Source: Acetobacter sp. (GTDB taxonomy: Bacteria > Pseudomonadota > Alphaproteobacteria > Acetobacterales > Acetobacteraceae). From it: a stretch of 64,000 bases of DNA. The stretch lies in the NCBI RefSeq assembly GCF_047723915.1, contig NZ_JBDOBQ010000010.1, positions 12,720 to 76,719 on the forward strand, given 5' to 3'. The position numbers and the translations under genes are program-made. Shown in pieces: positions 35,485-44,292 of this stretch. How positions within the stretch are numbered: the first letter of the stretch is position 1; each line of letters starts with the position of its first letter. The notes beneath the pieces were generated by a model. The model was not told the origin of the DNA, did no database searches, and saw only the letters and a list, made by a program, of their open reading frames with translations.

Positions 35485-36969
35485 ATGCAGGCAAACCAGA
35501 CAGTCACGCCTGCCGCGCCCCCGCCCCGGGTAGAGGCATGCGCGCAGACCGGACACCCTCCTGGCAGTGGCGAGGCGCTGCAACTTGCGGGCCACCTGAC
35601 GGAGGCTGAGCAGGCCTACCGCCGGGTTCTGGCCCAAAACCCCGATGACGCCCGGACCCTGAGCAATTACGGCGGCCTGCTATGTGCGGTCGGGCATTTT
35701 CCGCAGGCGCGGGAAACGCTGGTCCGTGCCCTGACCCTTGCCCCCGACATGGCGGATGCATGGTCCAATATGGGCAATGTCCTGTTCCGGCTCCAGCAGT
35801 ATGACGACGCAATTGCCGCCTACCGGGAATGCCTGACCCGCCACCCCACCAATGCGCTGGCGCTGAGCAACCTGGGCGTGGTGCTGGACCAGCGCGGACA
35901 GCACGCCCTGGCGCAGAAATTCCACACCGCCGCCGTGCAGCTCACCCCCCATAATGCACAGACCCGCACCAACTATGCGCTGTCCCTGCTGGCGCAGGGA
36001 GATTACCTGCGGGGTTTTGACGAATACGAGTGGCGGTGGAACACGCTGGCCACCCGCTATAACGGGCTGAACGCGCCGCTATGGAATGGCGAACCCTTTG
36101 CCGGGCGCACCCTGCTGATCCATACCGAGGGCGGGTTTGGCGACATGATCCAGTTCGCCCGTTTTATTCCCCTGGCCGCCCAGCGGGGCGGGCGTACCAT
36201 CACACGCGTCAGGCCCCAGTTGCTCAGCCTGCTGGAACAGTCGTTCCCGGATCAGACCTTTGTCACCGAGGATGACCCGGTTCCAGCACATGACCTGCAA
36301 TGTTCCGTGCTCAGCCTGCCACGCGCCCTGAAAACGACGCTGGCCACAATCCCCTACCCGCAGGGTTTTCTGCGCGCGGACCCGCACAAGGCGGCGTTCT
36401 GGGCTGGCAGGCTGGCGCAGGACGCGGCAGACTGTTCCCTGCCCCCGGGCATTTCTCCCCTGCGTATCGGGCTGGTCTGGGCCGGTGCGCCCCACCCCGA
36501 GGTCCGGGTTGCCGAACTGGCCGACCGCCAGCGTTCGACCGATCTTGCAACCTTTGCCCCCCTGGCCGGGGCGGCCCCTACGGCCCTGTTCTACAGCCTG
36601 CAACTGGGTGAAAGAGCAGAGCAGGCCCACACACCGCCACCCGGCATGCGCCTGTTCGACCACACGGCCCTGCTGCGTGACTTCAGCGATACGGCGGCCC
36701 TGATCAGCCAGCTTGACCTCGTGATCGCGGTGGATACCTCCACCGCCCATGTGGCCGCCGGGCTGGGAAAACCGACCTGGATGCTGTCGCGCCTGGATCA
36801 GTGCTGGCGCTGGCTTTCGGGGCGGGTCGATTCCCCCTGGTATGACAGCCTGCGGATCTACCAGCAGGTGAAGCCGGTCGACTGGTCGGCCCCTATGGAG
36901 CGGATCTGCGCGGATCTGCGTCTTTTCACCCCGGCCCGCGCGCAGGCGGGGCAGGACGTGAGCGCATGA
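35485..36969 (+). CDS. TPR-repeat protein with C-terminal glycosyltransferase-family-9-like domain
   Basis: The N-terminus has TPRs (AEQAYRRVLAQNPDDARTLSNYGGLL...). The C-terminus has GGFGDMIQFARF... and VIAVDTSTAHVAAGLGKPTWML, typical of the GT9 fold. Confidence 0.75.
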   Translation: MQANQTVTPAAPPPRVEACAQTGHPPGSGEALQLAGHLTEAEQAYRRVLAQNPDDARTLSNYGGLLCAVGHFPQARETLVRALTLAPDMADAWSNMGNVLFRLQQYDDAIAAYRECLTRHPTNALALSNLGVVLDQRGQHALAQKFHTAAVQLTPHNAQTRTNYALSLLAQGDYLRGFDEYEWRWNTLATRYNGLNAPLWNGEPFAGRTLLIHTEGGFGDMIQFARFIPLAAQRGGRTITRVRPQLLSLLEQSFPDQTFVTEDDPVPAHDLQCSVLSLPRALKTTLATIPYPQGFLRADPHKAAFWAGRLAQDAADCSLPPGISPLRIGLVWAGAPHPEVRVAELADRQRSTDLATFAPLAGAAPTALFYSLQLGERAEQAHTPPPGMRLFDHTALLRDFSDTAALISQLDLVIAVDTSTAHVAAGLGKPTWMLSRLDQCWRWLSGRVDSPWYDSLRIYQQVKPVDWSAPMERICADLRLFTPARAQAGQDVSA

Positions 36970-37406
36970 GCACCGACCGCGACGACTACGAACTGGACAT
37001 GCAGATCGGCCACCTGCTGCGCCGGGCCTACCAGCGCCATACGGCCATTTTCCAGAAAGGCATTGCCGACGACCGGCTGACATCCGTGCAGTTCGCAACC
37101 ATGGTCACAATCCGGCAGTTCGGCACCGCCCCGCTGGTCCAGATCAGCCATGCCACCGCAATCGACCATGCCACATTGCGCGATATCGTCGCCCGGCTGA
37201 AGGAGCGCGGTCTGCTGTGCGTGGTGCAGGACAAGGCGGACCGCCGTCAGCGCCTGGTGTCCCTTTCCCCCGAGGGTGAAAAACTGCTCCAGGACACCAT
37301 ACCGGCTGCCCGTGCGGTGACCGAGCTGACACTTGCCCCGCTGGATGCCTGTGAACGGATCGCCGCATTGCAGGTCCTGAAAAAACTCGCCCCCGAGGAT
37401 ATCTGA
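36966..37406 (+). CDS. MarR-family transcriptional regulator
   Basis: 146 aa. Contains LTSVQFATMVTIRQFG... wHTH. ATGA overlap with the preceding gene. Confidence 0.85.
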   Translation: MSTDRDDYELDMQIGHLLRRAYQRHTAIFQKGIADDRLTSVQFATMVTIRQFGTAPLVQISHATAIDHATLRDIVARLKERGLLCVVQDKADRRQRLVSLSPEGEKLLQDTIPAARAVTELTLAPLDACERIAALQVLKKLAPEDI

Positions 37407-37669
37407 GCCGGATTTTCGGCCATTTCTCATGGCGCCCACACGGTCGCCTCCCTGTTTCCACACGAAAAGCGGGGATAGGGCCGGGTCTTTCGGGCTGAGC
37501 CATGACGGTCGCGTGGTTCCTGTATTGGCCGGTCCGGGTGGTGTCGGCCTTGCCCATGCCGCCGGGGCAGGGCGGCATGGGCTGATGTACGCAAGGCAGG
37601 TGCCGGTATACCCCGCTACGCAAGCCCCGCCGTGCCGCATATGATCCGGCCCGGCAGAAGGGGTGCACG

Positions 37670-38887
37670 ATGGCTGAACAGAACGCGCAGAGCAACCGCT
37701 CCGAACTTAAACTTTCGCCCGAGCGCACGCTCAGTGCCGCGCAGGATGCACTTGTGCGCCAGATTACGGCTTTCTGCGAACATCATGGCCGCGACAGCCA
37801 GGCTGTCTTCGTTCTGCATGGAGAGGCCGGAACCGGGAAAAGCCTTGTTCTGAACAAGGCCTTCACTGCAATCCAGCAGGCGGCGCGCGTGGGCGATCCA
37901 GCCAGTCCGCTGGCGGGCACGCGCAATGTATTTCTGGTCAACCATCCGGAAATGATAAAACTTTACCGCAATATTTCCGAAAAATCAGACGTTCTGCGCA
38001 AGAAGGACTACGAGCGCCCGACCACATTCATCAACCACATGGACAAGACCGGCCAGCGGGCCGATATCGTCTTTGTGGACGAAGCCCATCTGCTGCTCAG
38101 CCGCGCCGACCGTTACAACCGCTTCACGCAGGACAACCAGTTGCGTGAAATTATCCGGCTCAGCCATGTCGTGGTGCTGGTTTTCGATCCCGGGCAGGTT
38201 CTGAAGTTCAAAAGCTACTGGAATGACAGTCAGCTTGCGCAAATACTCGGCCCTGTCCCGCACGAGGTCCATACCCTGAAGGAACAGTTCAGGGTCCGGG
38301 CCGAACCCGACATGCTGGCCTGGATTACGGCGTTCCGCCACAGAACGCTGCGACCGCTCCCCGCGAAACAGGATTTCGACTTCCGTATTTATGACGATGC
38401 CGCCGTCATGTATCGCGACATTCAGGACCGCAACGCACGGTACGGACTGTCACGCATGCTGGCTACATACGATTACCCCTACACGCTGAACGGGCAGGAC
38501 CATTTCATACACGAAGGCGCGTTCAGGCTGCGCTGGGACCGTGCGCGGCCCGAACAGCGCCTGCCATGGGCCGAACGGCCCGATACGATTGACGAGGTGG
38601 GGTCGGTCTATACCGTGCAGGGCTTCGACCTGAATTATGTGGGGCTTATTCTGGGCCCGTCGGTCATGTATGACCCGCATACGGCGCGTATCGTCATTGA
38701 CCCTGCCAGGTATGAGGACAGCGCCGCCTTTGCGGGGCGCGGCCACCTGCACGACCCCGACGCCATCAAGGAACAGATCATGCTGAACGCCGTTAACGTT
38801 CTGATGACGCGTGGCACAAGGGGGTTATATGTCTATGCCAGCAATCCGGCCCTGCGGCATGCGCTCGCGGCCCTGCGCCGGGACTGA
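37670..38887 (+). CDS. DUF2075-type P-loop NTPase (Schlafen-group-3 helicase-domain homologue)
   Basis: Contains Walker A GEAGTGKS and Walker B IVFVDEAHLL, plus C-terminal VYTVQGFDLNYVGLILG and VLMTRGTRGLYVY, which are typical of DUF2075. GC is visibly lower than in neighbouring genes. Confidence 0.75.
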   Translation: MAEQNAQSNRSELKLSPERTLSAAQDALVRQITAFCEHHGRDSQAVFVLHGEAGTGKSLVLNKAFTAIQQAARVGDPASPLAGTRNVFLVNHPEMIKLYRNISEKSDVLRKKDYERPTTFINHMDKTGQRADIVFVDEAHLLLSRADRYNRFTQDNQLREIIRLSHVVVLVFDPGQVLKFKSYWNDSQLAQILGPVPHEVHTLKEQFRVRAEPDMLAWITAFRHRTLRPLPAKQDFDFRIYDDAAVMYRDIQDRNARYGLSRMLATYDYPYTLNGQDHFIHEGAFRLRWDRARPEQRLPWAERPDTIDEVGSVYTVQGFDLNYVGLILGPSVMYDPHTARIVIDPARYEDSAAFAGRGHLHDPDAIKEQIMLNAVNVLMTRGTRGLYVYASNPALRHALAALRRD

Positions 38888-39021
38888 TACCCGGCACCGA
38901 CAGGGTGCGGGGGCACCGGGGGCGGCTTGTGTCCTGTCGCAAATCCGTGGTTTTTTTCATTGCTGGCGAATAGGCCAATAACCGATTTTGTGTTATAATC
39001 CATCACGTTTCCCAGAATCCG

Positions 39022-39681
39022 ATGAGGCCTTGCGTGCCTATTCCCGACATATCGCCCGCTCCACGCAAGCGCGGCCGCCCTGCACGGGGCACACCGCCAA
39101 GCCGGGACGTTGTCCTGGGTGCCGCCCTTGCGCATTTTTCCCTGACCGGTTTCGACGGCACGGGCCTGCGCGACATTGCGGCCACCGCCGGGGTGGACGC
39201 AGCCCTGATTTCGCACACATTCGGCTCGAAGCTCGATTTATGGAAAGCCGTGGTCGATGAAATCGCCAACCGGCTGGCGGAGGCGCAAAAAGACATCATC
39301 CGCCTGCACGACGCCAGTGCGCCCACGGAACAGCGCGTGCGTGAAGGCCTGTCCTGTTTTATCGCCACCAACTGCAAGATACCGGAACTGGCGAAATTCC
39401 TGTCCGATGAAATGAGCCAGCCCGGCGCCCGGCAGGATTATGTCATGCTGCGGATCTGGCAGCCTTATCAGGCCGCCATGCTGCCCCTGCTCCACGATGC
39501 AAAAGCCGACGGGCTGCTGGGCGAGGGTTCGCCCGAACTCACGCTGCGCATGCTCATGGGGGCCATCATGCTGCCGCTGATGATGATCCGGCGCAGCGGG
39601 GACCTGCCTCTGGGCGAAATGTCCCGCCTGAAGGACCGGCTGGTCAAGACCGTGCTGCCCATGTTCCTGGAAGCCACCTGA
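39022..39681 (+). CDS. TetR-family transcriptional regulator
   Basis: KRGRPARG...VVLGAALAHFSLTGFDGTGLRDIAATAGVDAALISHTFGSK HTH. Confidence 0.85.
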   Translation: MRPCVPIPDISPAPRKRGRPARGTPPSRDVVLGAALAHFSLTGFDGTGLRDIAATAGVDAALISHTFGSKLDLWKAVVDEIANRLAEAQKDIIRLHDASAPTEQRVREGLSCFIATNCKIPELAKFLSDEMSQPGARQDYVMLRIWQPYQAAMLPLLHDAKADGLLGEGSPELTLRMLMGAIMLPLMMIRRSGDLPLGEMSRLKDRLVKTVLPMFLEAT

Positions 39682-39741
39682 CGGAAAACCCCTGCAGCCA
39701 CCACCCGGCAAGATGGCGGCCCGGGACCGGTGCGGGTATGT

Positions 39742-40161
39742 TCAGGTACCGGGGTTGTTGATCTGGTGCACCCATAGCGGCAGGTTGTAATAGTTCGTCA
39801 CCCGCGTGATCATGCCATCGCGAATATCGAAAAACGCACCCACAGGCAGCGCGTATTTCTGGCCCGTGGCGGGGGGCAGGCCCTGCTCGGTCTTGAGATA
39901 TTCGCCATGCACCACGAACTCCACCGCCGCGCGCGTGCCGTCGGGCGTGGTCATGACAACCCGGTCGGCCGAACGTTCGCGGTAGAATCCTTCCATCCGT
40001 TTGAGAAAGGCCGCGAATTTATCGCGCCCTGTCTCCTGCCCGCCCTGGTTGATGTCATGCACGACATCCTCGCTCAGCAGGGCGAGAATGGCGGCGCTGT
40101 CCTCGCGGTTGAAGGCATCGTAATAGGCTTCGATCAGGGCGTGTGTCTGCTCGGCGGACAT
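39742..40161 (-). CDS. NTF2/SnoaL-like (ketosteroid-isomerase-related) protein
   Basis: 139 aa. IEAYYDAFNREDSAAILALLSEDVVHD is typical of the SnoaL fold. Confidence 0.7.
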   Translation of the reverse strand: MSAEQTHALIEAYYDAFNREDSAAILALLSEDVVHDINQGGQETGRDKFAAFLKRMEGFYRERSADRVVMTTPDGTRAAVEFVVHGEYLKTEQGLPPATGQKYALPVGAFFDIRDGMITRVTNYYNLPLWVHQINNPGT

Positions 40162-40175
40162 GTCTTGTTTCCTGT

Positions 40176-41054
40176 TCAGGCGGAAAAGGGCTGTACGGGG
40201 GCCGGCGGAACCGTCTTGGGCCAGTCGCGGCAGTTCCGCACCGCACCGTTCTCGCGCACTTCGTCCAGGGTTGCGGGGTCCAGCGTCGCGAACACCCAGC
40301 CCCCCTGGTCCAGCGTGCCTTCGGCCATGATCCCGTCAGCGGGAAAACCCCGGTCAACCGGGCCATACACGCCCGCGCAGCCGTGGTTTTCATCCAGCGT
40401 GGCAAGCCAGGGTGCCAGCCCCACAGTGGGGGAGACCGCGACAAAGCACTGGTTTTCCAGCGCCCGGGCCTGGGCCGAAATACGCACGCGGTTGAAGCCG
40501 TGCATGGAATCGGTGCAGGTCGGCACCAGGATCAGCCACGCCCCGGCTTCGATCTGGGCGCGGGCCAGCATGGGGAATTCGGAATCGTAGCAGACCGAAG
40601 TGCCGATTTTGCCCCAGGGTGTTTCAAACACCCCCGGCAGGTCACCCGCGCGCACACCCCAGGATTCGTTTTCAAACCGGGTCATGACATGCTTGTCCTG
40701 AAAGGCGACCTGTCCGTCCGGCGCGATCAGGGGTGCGCGGTTGCGTACAAAACCCACTTCCGGCCGGGGCAGCGTGCCGGGCATGAGCCATACCTTATGG
40801 CGGCGCGCGGTCTCGCGCATGATGGCCAGAATGGCGTCGCTCTGCTGGCATACGGCTTCCAGTTCAGCGGACGGGTCGGGCCGGTCGGTCAGGGCGCCGG
40901 CCACTTCCATGCAGGAATATTCCGGCATGAGCAGCAGATCCGCCCCGGCTGCCCCTTCGGCCACCAGCGTGTCCAGATGGTGTGCGTAATCGTCGATGGT
41001 GCGGTTGCGGGCGACTTCCCAGGCCAGCACGCCCAGACGCAGGGGCTTGTTCAT
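40176..41054 (-). CDS. Carbon-nitrogen hydrolase (nitrilase-superfamily amidase)
   Basis: The E-K-C triad context is visible (LLLMPEY, FQDKHV, GTSVCYDSEFP). Confidence 0.85.
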   Translation of the reverse strand: MNKPLRLGVLAWEVARNRTIDDYAHHLDTLVAEGAAGADLLLMPEYSCMEVAGALTDRPDPSAELEAVCQQSDAILAIMRETARRHKVWLMPGTLPRPEVGFVRNRAPLIAPDGQVAFQDKHVMTRFENESWGVRAGDLPGVFETPWGKIGTSVCYDSEFPMLARAQIEAGAWLILVPTCTDSMHGFNRVRISAQARALENQCFVAVSPTVGLAPWLATLDENHGCAGVYGPVDRGFPADGIMAEGTLDQGGWVFATLDPATLDEVRENGAVRNCRDWPKTVPPAPVQPFSA

Positions 41055-41689
41055 AGGGCTTTCTCCTGTTGCAAAAGCTCGGCCGGAACCGGCCTGCCGC
41101 GCAGTGGTTTTATGAAAAAATCAAGCAGGTGCGATGTTTCGGCGGCCTGCTCCGGTTCTTTCCAGTCCAGCGTGCAGGTCACGCCCGGCAGGGGCTGGAA
41201 CCCCCGTTTTGCCCAGAAGGCATGCAGGCTTGTCGCCCCTTCTGGTTTGGCCGGGTGGTCCGCCGGGCGGCGCACGGCGCAGAATGTTGCGAAATCGGCC
41301 GTGCTGGTGGCCAAAGCGTGGCGTTCGCGCTCCTCGAAAAAGCGCACGCCCAGACCATGCCCCCGGTAGGACGACAGCAGGACGGATTCACCAAAATAGA
41401 AGAACGACTCCGCCGACAGGCCGCGCTGTTCGAACGGGGCGCGGATGGCGTCCATTTCGTCGCGCATGGGCAGGCAGGTGGACGCGCCGACAATGCGCGC
41501 CCCGTCGCGCGCGACAATGACGGCGGCTCCCGTACTGCGCACATACAGGCCCAGATAGGTCTGCTCGTACGCCTCGTCACCGTCGTACAGGTATGGCCAT
41601 TCGCGGAAAACCGTAATCCGCAACCGCGCAAGGTCAGGCAGGATGGGCACGATATCCGTGCCGGTCAGTGTTTCGATCGTGATGCTCAT
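41051..41689 (-). CDS. GNAT-family N-acetyltransferase
   Basis: Contains the YRGHGLGVRFFEERE acetyl-CoA-binding motif. 4-nt overlap with the nitrilase-like gene. Confidence 0.8.
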   Translation of the reverse strand: MSITIETLTGTDIVPILPDLARLRITVFREWPYLYDGDEAYEQTYLGLYVRSTGAAVIVARDGARIVGASTCLPMRDEMDAIRAPFEQRGLSAESFFYFGESVLLSSYRGHGLGVRFFEERERHALATSTADFATFCAVRRPADHPAKPEGATSLHAFWAKRGFQPLPGVTCTLDWKEPEQAAETSHLLDFFIKPLRGRPVPAELLQQEKAL

Positions 41690-41718
41690 GTCTTCAACCC
41701 GAATTCCCTGGTGCCACG

Positions 41719-42597
41719 TTACCCGCCCTGCAGGACCGCTTTCAATGTCGCGCCCAGCAGGGAGGGGTCGGGGGCGATATGCACCCCGGCACCGCGCAGC
41801 GCCTCGATCTTGGCGGCGGCCGTGTCATCCCCGCCGGAGACGACCGCGCCCGCATGGCCCATGCGCCGCCCCGGCGGTGCGCTAAGCCCCGCCACCAGCC
41901 CCACGACGGGCTTGGTCGTACGGCTGTCGCGCAGGAAGCGGGCTGCCTCGCATTCCGACTGACCGCCGATTTCCCCGATCATGATAATGGAGTCGGTCTG
42001 CGGGTCGGCCAGGAACATCTCCAGCACATCAATGAAATCCAGCCCCTTGATGGGGTCCCCGCCTATGCCGACACTGGTGCTCTGGCCCAGCCCCAGGGCC
42101 GATGTCTGGGCCACGGCCTCGTACGTCAGGGTGCCCGAGCGCGAGACAATGCCCACCCGCCCCGGCCTGTGAATGGGGGCTGGCATGATGCCGATCTTGC
42201 ATTGCCCGGGCGTGATGACCCCCGGACAGTTCGGCCCCACCAGCCGGCTGGACGACCGGTCCAGCGCCTTGCGCACACGCAGCATGTCCAGCACGGGAAT
42301 GCCCTCTGTAATGCACACGATCAGCGGCACCTCCGCCCCGATCGCCTCCAGTATGGCATCGGCCGCGCCCACGGGGGGCACGTAGATCACGCTCGCCGTC
42401 GCGCCCGTGGCGGCCACGGCCTGGGCCATGGTGTCGAACACCGGCAGGTCCAGATGCGTGCTGCCACCCTTGCCCGGGGTTACGCCGCCTACCATGCGTG
42501 TGCCGCAGGCAATGGCCTGCTGGGCATGGAAGGTACCCTGCGCACCGGTAAAGCCCTGTGTCAGCACGCGTGTTTCATGGTTGACCAGAATAGCCAT
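41719..42597 (-). CDS. sucD: Succinate--CoA ligase alpha subunit
   Basis: Contains QGFTG..GTFH and SRSGTLTYE, with the MGHAGA phosphohistidine loop. Confidence 0.9.
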   Translation of the reverse strand: MAILVNHETRVLTQGFTGAQGTFHAQQAIACGTRMVGGVTPGKGGSTHLDLPVFDTMAQAVAATGATASVIYVPPVGAADAILEAIGAEVPLIVCITEGIPVLDMLRVRKALDRSSSRLVGPNCPGVITPGQCKIGIMPAPIHRPGRVGIVSRSGTLTYEAVAQTSALGLGQSTSVGIGGDPIKGLDFIDVLEMFLADPQTDSIIMIGEIGGQSECEAARFLRDSRTTKPVVGLVAGLSAPPGRRMGHAGAVVSGGDDTAAAKIEALRGAGVHIAPDPSLLGATLKAVLQGG

Positions 42598-43796
42598 CAG
42601 ACTGTCCTCCGTGCGCGGACGGCGGCCACGATCTTGCTGGCCGCGTCTCCCAGGTCCTGCGCGACCGTTACCGGCAGGCCGGATGCCTGCAGCAGGGCCT
42701 GTCCTTCCTCCACATTGGTACCTGCAAGCCGCACCACCAGCGGCACGCCCAGCCCCACATCGCCACAGGCGGCAATTACGGCCTGGGCGATCAGGTCGCA
42801 GCGCATGATGCCGCCGAAAATATTGACCAGAACGCCTTCCACCTGCGGGTCCGCCAGCAGAATGCGAAAAGCCGCCGTCACGCGCTCCCGCGTGGCGCCC
42901 CCGCCAACATCGAGAAAATTGGCCGGGGCCTCGCCACGGGCATGGATGATGTCCATGGTGGCCATGGCAAGCCCGGCCCCGTTGACCATGCAGCCGATCG
43001 AACCTTCCAGCCCGACATAGGACAGGCCGAAGCGCGAGGCTTCGACCTCACGCGGGTCTTCCTCGTTTTCGTCGCGCAGTTCCTCGATATCCGAGTGGCG
43101 GAACAAAGCGTTGTCGTCAAAGCCCATTTTCGCGTCCAGGGCCAGAAGTTCGCCCCCCTCGGTCACCACCAGCGGGTTGATCTCGATCAGGGCCGCGTCA
43201 AGCTGGACAAATGCCTTGCAGGCGGCACGCACAAGGGCTGCAAAGGACTGGATCAGCCGCCCCGACAGGCCCAGGCCCACGGCCAGATTGCGGGCCTGGT
43301 AGTCCATGAACCCAAGCCCGGCATCGATACTGACACGCAGGATACGCTCGGGCGTTCTGGCCGCCACATCCTCGATATCCATACCGCCATCGGGGGAGGC
43401 GACAATGACCAGGCTACGGCTTTCCCGGTCGATCAGCAGCGACAGATAAAGCTCGCGCGCGATGGCGCAGCCCGCCTCCACATAAAGCCTGCGCACCAGA
43501 CGCCCGGCAGGGCCGGTCTGGCGGGTGACAAGAACGCGGTCGATCATCTCGCAGGCGACACGTTCCGCTTCGGCCGCGCTGCGCACGATCCGCACGCCGC
43601 CACTGGCCGGTTCACCCACAAACTGGCCCGCACCACGCCCGCCGGCATGGATCTGGGCCTTGAGAACGAACACATCGCCCGGCAGGGATTTTGCAATTTC
43701 CTTTGCCTCGACTGGCGAATGGGCGACATGGCCCTGTGGCACCGGCACCCCGAACGATTTCAGGATCGCCTTTGCCTGGTACTCGTGAATGTTCAT
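42597..43796 (-). CDS. sucC: Succinate--CoA ligase beta subunit (ADP-forming)
   Basis: Contains [20 protein letters not shown] and [11 protein letters not shown] malate thiokinase-type enzyme cannot be excluded. Confidence 0.85.
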   Translation of the reverse strand: MNIHEYQAKAILKSFGVPVPQGHVAHSPVEAKEIAKSLPGDVFVLKAQIHAGGRGAGQFVGEPASGGVRIVRSAAEAERVACEMIDRVLVTRQTGPAGRLVRRLYVEAGCAIARELYLSLLIDRESRSLVIVASPDGGMDIEDVAARTPERILRVSIDAGLGFMDYQARNLAVGLGLSGRLIQSFAALVRAACKAFVQLDAALIEINPLVVTEGGELLALDAKMGFDDNALFRHSDIEELRDENEEDPREVEASRFGLSYVGLEGSIGCMVNGAGLAMATMDIIHARGEAPANFLDVGGGATRERVTAAFRILLADPQVEGVLVNIFGGIMRCDLIAQAVIAACGDVGLGVPLVVRLAGTNVEEGQALLQASGLPVTVAQDLGDAASKIVAAVRARRTV

Positions 43797-43933
43797 GCTA
43801 TCCTGTCAGCTTCGGAATAAGACTATCGGACCACGCGGAAAATCGGCATGATGAGGGACACACAACGCCTGCATACAGCGTGTGACACCCCTCCCCAGGA
43901 CGCGACCCGGCATAGCCACGACCGGCACCAATT

Positions 43934-43953
43934 TAATCACCAATCGGTGATTA
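43934..43953. promoter_or_regulatory. Perfect palindrome TAATCACC-AATC-GGTGATTA upstream of sucC
   Basis: 8-bp arms, 138-157 nt upstream of the sucC ATG, in a locally AT-rich patch. Confidence 0.35.
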
Positions 43954-44093
43954 TATGAGAGCACAAGCGCCGTCAATCGACCCGATGGCGCGCAATCATG
44001 ACAGGGCGGTATCAGCCGTCGGGCGGCGCGGCGACTCCCTGCACACCAAGCTGGCGCCCCCCATGCGTCGACGGATGGCGCGAAGCCTGCTGT

Positions 44094-44139
44094 CCGGCAG
44101 TGCTGGCCGCGCCTTGACGCCCCCGGCCAGCACTGCCGG
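44094..44139. repeat. Perfect 16-bp inverted repeat (CCGGCAGTGCTGGCCG / CGGCCAGCACTGCCGG) with a 14-nt loop
   Basis: Read directly from the sequence. Intergenic, between the radical-SAM gene and sucC. Confidence 0.6.
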
Positions 44140-44227
44140 TCTGCTCTGTCGGGTCTACGCGGACCGATCTGCCGCCGCACCACGGGTGCCTCCGGACCGG
44201 ATTTGGCGAAGGCGGATAGCAGGGAGC

Positions 44228-44256
44228 AAGTCCGGCTTGCTCCCTGCCGTGTGCGC
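44228..44256 (-). terminator. Hairpin GCAGGGAGCAAG-TCCGG-CTTGCTCCCTGC downstream of the radical-SAM gene
   Basis: Perfect 12-bp stem, 37 nt after the stop at 44293. No clear U-tract. Confidence 0.4.
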
Positions 44257-44292
44257 ACTGCAATCGGCCTCAAGGTCCTGTCAAAAATCCGG

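Noticed and set aside
31660-39000. Genomic island integrated at the tRNA-Arg gene
   Set aside because: There is no integrase or recombinase gene and I could spot no duplicated tRNA 3' end. Only a short lower-GC patch and a lower-GC DUF2075 gene are present, and the intervening genes look like ordinary chromosomal content.
38887-39021. Terminator or promoter in the DUF2075/TetR spacer (T7 run at about 38950, TTATAAT at about 38990)
   Set aside because: The stem preceding the T-run is weak and distant, and no convincing -35 lies at proper spacing. The evidence is too weak to report as features.
42597-43796. Whether sucCD is really a malate thiokinase (mtkAB)
   Set aside because: The two cannot be distinguished by eye. 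I kept the more common succinate-CoA ligase call and flagged the ambiguity in the feature.
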